Shown: positions 54,440 through 64,000 of the stretch, piece by piece
Layout of the letters: each line of letters starts with the position of its first letter
Numbering within the stretch: position 1 is the stretch's first letter
Assembly (NCBI GenBank): GCA_951406725.2
Contig: OX597820.1
Location: 9,114,001 to 9,178,000, forward strand
From: Octopus vulgaris
Lineage: Eukaryota
Length of the DNA: 64,000 nucleotides
Reading direction: 5' to 3'
The notes under the pieces: generated by a model
Seen by the model: the letters and a program-made list of their open reading frames with translations, nothing else
The model's database searches: none
What the model was told of the DNA's origin: nothing
Program-made: the position numbers and the translations under genes

Positions 54440-54790
54440 GATGAAGTCCTTGCAATGTGGAGGCTTGCATGCCTCAATGGCAGAGAACTGTGCTGGTGGA
54501 GTGCAACCTCCTGGTAAGGTTTCCCCGTGTGGGGCAGGTCAGAGGATAGAGGCTAGACTAATATGGACCCTCTCTTCATAGAAGTAAAAAAAAAAAATGG
54601 ATTTGTGTGGGGGTCAACACTCCTAGAAACAAAGAGCTGAAAAAACAAAGCACCCCCCACCAAAAAAAAATATGCAATGTTACAGAAGCATTGATGACAA
54701 ATCAAAAACAAAACCAAGAATGGAGCCCAGGGTGAAGTGTAGTGGAGAAAAGCTATCGATGGCTCATGCTTCTCAGAGAATGAAAGGCTT
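54440..54790 (+). mobile_element. Probable bipartite RTE-derived non-autonomous element
   Basis: ggaggcttgcatgcctcaatg...aggtcagaggatagaggctagac 5'-UTR-like part and ...ggcttaagtaag tail; recognised by pattern only. Confidence 0.4.
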
Positions 54791-56348
54791 AAGTAAGAGG
54801 ATTAAATAAAATTATTGCAGGGTGTCCAATCACAATGCACCCAGAACCATGTGGGTGGGAAGCCAACTTCTTACCACATAGCCATACCTGTCCAATGCCT
54901 GGATTCACACCTGCCCTATGGATTTTATTTCGTAAGAGAAATCCCCTTTGAGTTTTATCAAGATTCAGGTTGAGAGTGGAAAATGAAGAGTTGCAGGTTA
55001 AAAATGAAAATAGACATTTGGAACCGGTTGATTGACCTTGTAAGTTTGTTTAAACATGAACACCCAAAATACAAAACCCGTTATTTGTTAACTGAATTCT
55101 AAAAATCGCTTTCTAGCAGAAAGATACTGGTCTTGAAATCCCACCATTTTGACAAATGCTGAAAGTTACTGAACACTGTACTTGATACTAAAAAAAAATC
55201 TATTTCCAGAAAATATCAGCTGTTAAAATTCGTGTCTGAATAATCGTAATTACAGATTTCCTAATTAAGTAGAAAGCCACAAATTTGTAATGGACAAGAA
55301 TGAGATTTTGCAGCATTATGCTGCTTCCAGAGGTGTCAGTGCTGACATAAAAATGGAGTGATTTGGCTTTAAACAGAAATGAAAGTCAGACCCTAAACTC
55401 AGATGACAGGAAGCTAGCTTCTAGTTTTGTTTAAGAGTATCTATCAACAAGGATAATATCCTCTCTGTTATAGGCACAGGGCTTGAAATTTTGGAGAGAA
55501 GGGCCAATCAATTACATTGACCCCAGAACTCAACTGGTATTTATTTTATTGACCCAAAACGATGAAAGGCAAAGTTGGTCTCTACAGAATTTGAACTTGG
55601 ATGAAATGTCACTAGGCAATTTGCCTGGTCTGCTAATGATTCTGCCAGCTTGCAGCCTTACCAACAAGTAAAATACTTTGCTTACAAACAATTATTAAAT
55701 CACTGATCTTTCAATCAACTAGCAGCTGATATTTGCTTGAGATGAGATGACATCCATAACCTAAAAAGCAATCTAGAGCCAGCAAATTCTCCACAAGTGC
55801 TAGGTAAACCTTTTAGTGCTGCTGAGATTTGTGTTATTAACCTTGTGTGTCTTTAAGAGATACTTTCTCAAGACAAATCCCACAATTTAATAAGGCTTTC
55901 AACATGTACGCTAAACATGTCTACACGCTATTACAAGTATCTTTTCTGATGAAGCTTAAGATCCCTACCAGTAAGAAGGAGGAGTGAAGATTATAGACTT
56001 CACTGGCACATATCAGTATCAACCAGGCTCATCCGATGCTGTTATACACTGCTGATCACAATGCCCTTCCGATTCTGTCTTCATTGTGCATATGTACCTA
56101 GTCCATATTTTTTATTTATTTTGGGAGAACTGAAAGTACCTCACTCTGAGATTGGAATTCAGAATTAAGGAAGAGGAAAAACAATCCTAACTTAAAATTT
56201 GTAATATTCTACTAGTTTAACCATCTTCAGTGCCTTTTTTATAAGCAAAGCAGAAACAGCACTTATCAAAGAGTCTACCAAAAATAGACAACATTTTACT
56301 TTGGAATCTCTCATGATTTTAATTCAACAAATATATATATATATATTA

Positions 56349-56866
56349 TTCTTTATTTGTTTCAGTCATTAGACTGTGGCCATGCTGGGGCACCATCTTA
56401 AAGAATTTTTGGTCAAAGGAATCAACCCTAGTATTTATTCTATCAGACTCTTTTGCCAAACTTCTAAGTTATGGGATGTAAACAAACCAGCACTGGTTGT
56501 CAAGCAGTGGTGGGGGGAAACATATACACAGATATACATACTATGGGCTTCTTTCAGTTTCTATCTACAAAATCCACTCAAGGCTTTGGCTGGCCTGAGG
56601 CTACAGTAGAAAACACTTGCCCAAGGTGCCATGCAGTGGGACTGAACCTGGAACCATGTGGCTGGAAAGCAAACTTACCACACAGTCACACCTATATAGA
56701 TGTAGCAGGAGTGGCTGTGTGGTAAGTAGCTTGTTTACCAACCATATGGTTCTGGGTTCAGTCCCACTGCATGGCACCTTGGGCAAGTGTCTTCTACTAA
56801 AGCCTTGGGTTGGCCAAAGCCTTGTGAGTGGATTTGGTAGACAGAAACTAAAAGAAGCCTGTTGTG

Positions 56867-56915
<49 letters not shown>

Positions 56916-57092
56916 TTGTCCCCACCAATATTGCTTGACAACTGATGCTGGTGTGTTTATGTCCCTGTAATTAATGGTTTGGCAAAAGAGACCGATAGAA
57001 TAAGTACTAGGCTTACAAAGAATAAGTCCTGGGGTCACTTTGCTCAACTAAAGGTAGTGCTCCAGCATGGCCGCAGTCAAATGACAAACAAG
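56349..57092. mobile_element. Head-to-head pair of family A SINEs (56349-56692 minus, 56705-57092 plus)
   Basis: Two near full-length copies in inverted orientation about 12 bp apart. Confidence 0.85.
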
Positions 57093-57307
57093 AATATATA
57101 TTGGAGAGTCAGATGCATTCATTTGTTGCTTTTTCTCCGTATTTACTTTAACCCTTTCCAATGTTATTCGAATTTACATGAAAAATATTTTTATTGCAGT
57201 GTTTTATGGGATTTTTTCTTTATAGCCCTATTTTCCTGTACGTTTGTTTAGAAAATTACTATTTTTAAATTTCACAATGAGAGATATTCAACAACAGTAC
57301 TTTGGAG

Positions 57308-57664
57308 TAAATATTGTTTGCCAACATCCCATTGGCAGTCCTGGTTTAGGACGAATGTTGCTGTAATTTAGTCCCAGGAGACATCGTCTCTAGCTGGCTG
57401 TATGACACAATCTGTGTCCTTATATTTTTGGACAAGGGAATCAGCTCAAAACAATAACTGTGTATTGCGATTTCTGGGTTATTTGAGCTGAGTGATACAG
57501 ATATTATTTTGAGCTGAGTGGGGGCGCTAGATTGTTTGAAAATATAAGGACACAGACACAGATTGTGTTGTATAGCCAGCTGGAGACGATGTCCCCTGGG
57601 GATAAATTTCAGCAACATTCGTCCTAAACCAGTAATGCCATGTTATGTTGGCAAACAATCTTTA
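57308..57664. repeat. Fold-back (MITE-like) inverted repeat, arms about 130 bp
   Basis: 57308-57435 versus 57532-57664, with inner IR 57441-57465 / 57495-57517. Confidence 0.85.
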
Positions 57665-59103
57665 TTACGTTTGTTTAACGCTTTTGAAATTTGAATGAAT
57701 TTTACCCCCTTTTCATACATATGACAATGGAATGTCAGACAGAAAAGAAGACAAAAAGCCCTATATATAGTGTTTATATGACAATAGATCTGATGATGAG
57801 CAATGACTCTGAAAATAGTCCCTGGATGCTGATTTTGCTGGGTGGGGGTATTTGTCTCTACTTTGAAAACATAAGGTCACCGGAAATGTGTCAAGTCCAA
57901 CAGGAAACGGTGTTTCCTATGGCTAAACAACAGTAGCATTCTTCCCTTTTATGGGACTGTCACATTAAGTTGACAACATACTATAGCTTTATCGTGCTGC
58001 TACTGCATTTAGAAATCTATTATTTCGACAATAGGTCTTTTGACAGTTTTGACAATGAGAATTCCAGTTGTTTGACCAATAAGACTGCCACCTCAACATA
58101 TCACAGCATGAGTGGTAGAGTATTTTATAGGCATCTTTACTTTTAATGAAATCCTCCAGCAGAATCAGTTTGACACAGTTTGGTCTCTTGAATTAATGGC
58201 AAGTACAGTCTATCTACCCAATGCCAATGCAGTTTCTGTCTTCTCAATTGGGGTGCATGATCTGAAGCTAAAGCAGAAGATGTTCACCCAAGGTGAATAA
58301 GCTGTATCAAAATGTTTAGCTCACAGCGTTTCATCCAAGGCTGATTTAATAACAATACCCGATACCAGTTTTTATGATGTCTTTGCAGCTTTATTAATAA
58401 AGCATATGACTCTACCTCCGGTATTTGAGTACTATTTTTTCCACCTTGTTTCACATTTATGTGCTTACTCTGGTGTATATATGGATAGAAAAGCCTTTTT
58501 TCTATCGAGGGCTTATGTGTCCCTTTATTAGACTATTTTCTTTACTCATTGCACGGTGATCGCCATAAGCTTATATAAAAATACTACATATATATATATA
58601 TATAGATAGATATATAGATATATGCATAGTGAGATAGAACCCAACGCTTCATGTTTGTAAGGCCAACTTCTTTTACCATTTAGTCACATCTGTACACATT
58701 GTGATTATGTGCACAGACATGTAAGAGAGAGAGAGAGAGAGCTAGAAATGAAATGTTCAAACCACACAGCTTAAAGACATGTACTAAAACAAGACGAATA
58801 AATGGGAGATCTTTAATAAACTCTATTTGTTTTGGTCTTAGTTTTGGTGACAGAGAATCATATAAAGTTATGGATACGTGTTAAAGCATTTACCCCTATT
58901 CCCATATTAGGTACTTTCAGTTATTGGACTGTGGCCATGTTCAAAGAGGCTCTTTAGTTAATTATCTGCCCCCACCCAGCATCTAATCAATCTCAGTCAA
59001 ATAGCTAAGTCCATAGCAGTTATGTTCTTTTTGAAAGTTATCTCTCTTTTGCAGACTTAAATACTGCAAAGAACCTACATTGGTGTACACATAACATCAT
59101 TTA

Positions 59104-59470
59104 TCATCATCATCATCATCATCGTCGTTTAGCATCCGTTTTCCATGCTAGCATGGGTTGGACGGTTCTACTGGGGTCTGTGAAGCCAGAAGGCTTCATC
59201 AGGCCCAGTCAAATCTGGCGGTGTTTCTACGGCTGGATGCCCTTCCTAACGCCAACCACTCCGTGAGTGTAGTGGGTGCTTTTTACGTGCCACCCGCACA
59301 GGTGCCAGACAGAGCTGGCAAACGGCCACGAACGGATGGTGCTTTTTATGTGCCACCGGCACAAGGGCCAGGCGAGGCTGGCAACGGACACGAAACGGGG
59401 CGGTGCTGGCAACGGTCGCGAAACGGAAGGTTCTCTTACATGCCACCGGCACTGGTAACACATCTGCAAT
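59104..59470 (-). mobile_element. Family B repeat
   Basis: (CAT)n end, core and internal subrepeats. Confidence 0.85.
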
Positions 59471-59805
59471 TTCCATTGATCGATTTATATATATATATAT
59501 GTGTGTGTGTGTATATTTATGATGTGGGCTTTGGTGCAGTTTCAATCTAGTAAATAAGATCCACAAGGTAAAAGTCAAATGGAAGCTACAGAAGATACTG
59601 GACTCAAAGTAGCACACAGTGGGGTGGTACTTGACACCCAAAGTACCACAGACGTGGTCACAAAGTGAATTTTAATCCATAGCAAAACGTGCACCAAACC
59701 CCAACACCTCCTGCCATTGTATCTTAAATATGCTGGATTAAAATATTTAGCTCACAGCATTTCATCCAAAGCATATTTAATAACAATACTTGATATATAT
59801 ATATA

Positions 59806-59966
59806 TTCATTTACTCATTTACTTATTTCAGTCATTTGACTGCGGCCATGCTGGAGCACCGCCTTTAGTCGAGCAAATCGACCCCGGGACTTATTCTTTG
59901 TAAGCCCAGTACTTATTCTATCGGTCTGTTTTGCCGAACCGCTAAGTAACGGGGACGTAAACACAG

Positions 59967-60007
<41 letters not shown>

Positions 60008-60172
60008 TACGACAGGCTTCTTTCAGTTTCCGTCTACCAAATCCACTCACAAGGCTTTGGTCAGCCCGAGGCTATAGTAGAAGACACTTGTCCAAGATGC
60101 CACGCAGTGGGACTGAACCCGGAACCATGTGGTTGGTTAGCAAGCTACTTACCACACAGCCACTCCTGTGCC
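59806..60172 (-). mobile_element. Family A SINE
   Basis: Tail-to-head match to 40957-41372. Confidence 0.88.
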
Positions 60173-61969
60173 TATATATATGTATGTATGTATGCTTAAT
60201 CATTTGAAGCAAGGAATGATTCAATAAGGCTTTAACTTTGAGTAATAAATGAACGTACAGTTCCTACTTACAGGTAGTAAATTTGTCTTTCCTTTTTACA
60301 TTCAAACCTATATAACTAACAATTTAAGTCATCTTTCACAGTTGACATATAAGGTATGTGTATGTATGTATATATACATACACATACACATTTACATATA
60401 AAGTTTTAGTGTTTGATCTGATGAAAAAATATACTTTTATAGAACATTTATAAAACTGCCGTGTGCGTGTACATCCTCACCATTCAACGTCTGTTTTCTT
60501 TCCATGCTGGCATGGGTTGGACAGCTTAACAGGAGCTGGTGAGCGAGGGGACTGTGCCAAGCTCTACTCCCTGCCTTGGCAGGGTTTCTACACACAAGAC
60601 AGACAAGGGCAGTGTGGTGCTTAGAGTCATTCTGCTGGGGCCCTACCGATACAGTTTGGCTCTGCATATAATCGGTCACGGGAGGGCAAGCAGCATTACA
60701 TAGATAATATAAGTACATACAGATGCATACTTGTGCACGTGTGGGTGTGTGCATATAATACCATACATATGCACACGCAACGCATACACAAATATTTGAG
60801 TCTTTGCAATGTTATGTAACAAGTTTCTGGCGTGAAACAAAGGAAGAGATTCCTTTTAAAGAAGAATTTGGAATGATGAGTATCTGCATGTGGTGAGCTT
60901 ATGTATCTATGTAGATTCGTTTCCTAAACGATTAAACAATCAAACCTGAAGTAGTTTTAGCCTTGAGTTAAAGCATAAGTAATCTGGATGTTGGCTGTTG
61001 GATCAGCATCTCAATGTATTTGTTTAGTGACTGCAACAACAATGTGTACGGTACCATTTGTGACCAGTTGATACTCCGGTAGCAGAGTGGTGATTACATT
61101 AACTATTTAATGATTGTCATTGCAAACAGCTAACCAAGTCGTTCCTATGAAGGAGAGAGAGAGGGGGGCGAGCGAGGGCAGATATATATTAAATAAATAG
61201 AAGACCTCATTTATTCTAAGCTTGTGGCAATCCCATGGCCTGAGATTTAGACAGAAAAACTATGGCGATTAAAAACAAGATAGTTGTTGTTGTGTAATGT
61301 CTGAATGAGATGAGAAGTGAGACAATTCTAAAGAAAAGAGCCTGAGAACACGGTAAGAAGGACAAACAAGTAGAGAGAATGGTAACTGTTGGAGTATCAT
61401 TTTTTCGTAAGACATATGAGGCCAGCAAAGGAAGTATTGCTCCAAGAAGGACTAAACTGGGGGACAAAAAACATAAAAGACAAGGAATAAAGCTTTTTTG
61501 GGAGTTGAAATGAAGGAAGGACTATTTTGCTTTGAAAGAGCACAACAACAATAACGTTTTCAACATCTGATACGTTGGGAATGGTGTTGCTATTTAAATT
61601 TAAACCGGTCCAATAGCAACATGATAATAAATAACAGAAGAATAGAGTCTATCCAATAAAGAGCGTACCTATCCAACCCCACCCTTTTTCAGCAGCTGCG
61701 ATGTAAACAGTGACTGAAATAGTTCAATAAATAAATCTTCTGGAAGTGGCTTATCTCTGAGACTGGCTCCAATAATGCCCTTCACTCAGATAATCCAGGA
61801 TATAATGTCAAACTAAAGCGGAGAGCTACGCCATAGGAGTTTGAGGAAAAGGGTTCAGCTGGTCGTCGGAAGTAATTTCATTTGTTTTCCTTTTAATCAT
61901 TAAACGTTGCTTTAGATGATGTCAAAAGTTCTCGTAGACGATGTAAGCCAGGAATATGGTTCACTGCTG

Positions 61970-62072
61970 TCACCGCACCCCTTTCGGTTTGCCCTTGCGT
62001 TTCTTAAGCATCATCAATTCCTCCTGTTCCCGCTTGATGTCCTCAAGATCTTCCATCCTTCCGATTTTGGCA
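61970..62072 (-). CDS. SPTY2D1: SPT2 last coding exon (AKIGRMEDLEDIKRE...KGVR*)
   Basis: Minus strand cttttctttgccag|TGCC ... CGG TGA, 103 nt, phase-compatible with the upstream exon. Confidence 0.87.
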
Positions 62073-62297
62073 CTGGCAAAGAAAAGAAGACACACTTAGA
62101 TCATGAAGAACACACAAACACACATTATATTCTTTCTTTTTTTTTTCTTTTAACTTGCTTCAGTCATTTTCACTGCGGCCATGCTGGAGCACCGTCAGTT
62201 TTATATATGAATGTGTGTGTGTGTGCGTGGATGTATTTTATTAATATTTAGTGGAAGCAACAGAGTAACTCAATGTCCAATGATTTTGTGCGTTGAC

Positions 62298-62349
<52 letters not shown>

Positions 62350-62998
62350 TATATACATATGTATATGTACATACATCTATACGTATACACACACATAAAC
62401 GGGGACATAAACACACCAGCATCGGTTGTCAAGCAATGCTAGGGGGACAAACACAGACACACAAACACACACATGCATATATATACATATATACGACAGG
62501 CTTCTTTCAGTTTCCGTCTACCAAATCCACTCACAAGGCTTTGGTCGGCCCGAGGCTATAGTAGAAGACACTTGCCAAAGGTGCCACGCAGTGGGACTGA
62601 ACCCAGAACCATGTGGTTGGTAAGCAAGCTACTTACCACACAGCCACTCATGTATATACATACATATACACACACACAATGGGCTTCTTTGTGTCTAGTA
62701 ATTCCAATCAAGGCTTAGGTTGGCCTGAGGTTATAATAGAAGACATTTGCCTAAGGTGCCATGCTGTGGGACTGAACCCAGAACCATGTGGTTGAGAAGC
62801 AACCTTCTTACCACACAGCCACACCTCCTTTTAAAACAATTTACTGCAATTATCAACATGTAATTAATCCGACAAGTGAGATTTTATATGCATCAACTGA
62901 TCTGCAAATCTTAAACTTACCTTCTAATCTCTTCTTTCATCTGTTGTGAAAATGTCGTTTCCATCTTGTCGATATCTGACATATCTTCGTCTTTGAAT
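61970..62998 (-). CDS. SPTY2D1: SPT2 chromatin protein homolog (SPTY2D1-like), last two coding exons, 5'-partial
   Basis: Spliced peptide FKDEDMSDIDKMETTFSQQMKEEIRSAKIGRMEDLEDIKREQEELMMLKKRKGKPKGVR* matches the SPT2 C-terminal histone-binding pattern (ME...QQ.EE..S...G..EDLE...RE.EE plus basic tail). Confidence 0.85.
62921..62998 (-). CDS. SPTY2D1: SPT2 penultimate coding exon (FKDEDMSD...KEEIR)
   Basis: Minus strand ttccttag|ATTC ... AGAAG|gtaagt, 78 nt. Confidence 0.87.
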
Positions 62999-63054
62999 CT
63001 AAGGAAAATTAAATTTGAACAATTTTCAAACCATAAAATTTGGTATATATTTAA

Positions 63055-63431
63055 CTAGCAGTATCGCCCGGCGTTGCTTGGATTTGTAAGGGAAATAACT
63101 ATATAAGCATTTTTAGAGAGTTATAGCCAAAAAATGCATTAAAAATGGAAAAAAAAATTATGGTAAATTTCTTTTTAAATCGTTGACTCATCGTAGACAT
63201 TTTTAGAGAGTTACTTCCCTTATATAATAGCGAAAAAATGCATTAAAATGGAAAAAAATGATGGTAAATTATTTTTAAAATCGTAGACGCACACTAATAC
63301 CCAGAAGGGCTCGATATGAATCACAACTATAAGATACCCGGTTTTGGTTAAACTGCACCGCAAAATGTGAGAGTAGTTAGGAATCTAAATCGTAGGAGAC
63401 AGACACACAACCTCTCTTTTATATATAAAGA
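63055..63431 (-). mobile_element. Non-autonomous Helitron in SPT2 intron
   Basis: Minus strand A|TCTTTATATATAAAA ... agcaacgccgggcgatactgCTAG|T; 3' end nearly identical to 31795-32186. Confidence 0.85.
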
Positions 63432-64000
63432 TTACAGGTCATAATTTACATCAGTGTACTCATTACCAAAACACTAAGTCCATGCTGGCATGGGTTCAAT
63501 GGTTCAATAGGAACTGGTGATCCTGAGGGCTGCACCAGGGTCCAATGCCTGCTTTGGCTTGGTTTCTACAGCTGGATGCCTTTCCTAATGCCAATGGTTT
63601 TGCACACAGAGTACACTGAGTGCTTTTTATGTGGCACCAGCACTAGAGAGGTTGCCATGTAACTTGCAAGACAAGACAAGACAAAAAACCTCTCAACCAA
63701 GGAGTAGTATTAAAGTAGGGAGGCAGCTTTATGGCCAGGTGATGAGAAGTGTCTTGCTGTAGGGGAAATACATGGTTACCCCAGTTGGAAGAGAAGGAGG
63801 ATGGCAGTGAGGATATGCCAGGGCCTACCTTAAATTTTCAGGAAGACTTTATAAAAGATATGATTATATCTCCAAGATATTATACAATGTCCACCGTAAC
63901 TGACACTGGTGCAAAACTAGGGTCAGTGATGCAGCAGGAGTGACCACACAGGGAGACTGAAACTCCGTGCACTGAAAAATGAGGGTGCCAGCCACAGTGG

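Noticed and set aside
57691-58300. Possible third gene between DDB1 and SPT2
   Set aside because: Short ORFs with no recognisable homology or coherent splice sites
58308-59795. 55-bp direct repeat (about 58308-58365 and 59740-59795) with GAAACGCT on the minus strand
   Set aside because: Only half of a hammerhead-like pattern with no CUGANGA box; likely dispersed repeat fragments

Overview
Eukaryotic, AT-rich, repeat-dense genomic DNA; the SINE/MITE families and (TA)n load point to an octopus-like cephalopod (inference). Most of the window is one spliced gene, DDB1 (DNA damage-binding protein 1): 27 coding exons read by hand on the + strand from 7285 to the TGA at 48446-48448, all phase-compatible. 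The short ATG-bearing first exon was not found and is probably upstream of the window. The intron at 47361-47569 is a clear U12 (minor spliceosome) GT-AG intron. The last two coding exons of an SPT2 (SPTY2D1-like) histone chaperone gene lie on the - strand (61970-62998), convergent with DDB1. Introns and intergenic DNA hold three abundant SINE/LINE-tail families, piggyBac, Tc1/mariner, hAT and Helitron derivatives, and decayed RTE, CR1 and Penelope-like fragments. Most interesting: a fold-back element of two head-to-head tRNA-headed units with degenerate minimal hammerhead-ribozyme tails (44839-45280), a SINE inserted as one head plus four 184-bp bodies inside a single TSD (46238-47020), a 54-bp perfect hairpin nested in further inverted repeats just after the DDB1 stop, and a 5-aa (SSHTK) C-terminal DDB1 extension from a shifted donor. 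Most ORFs in the supplied track are repeat artefacts.
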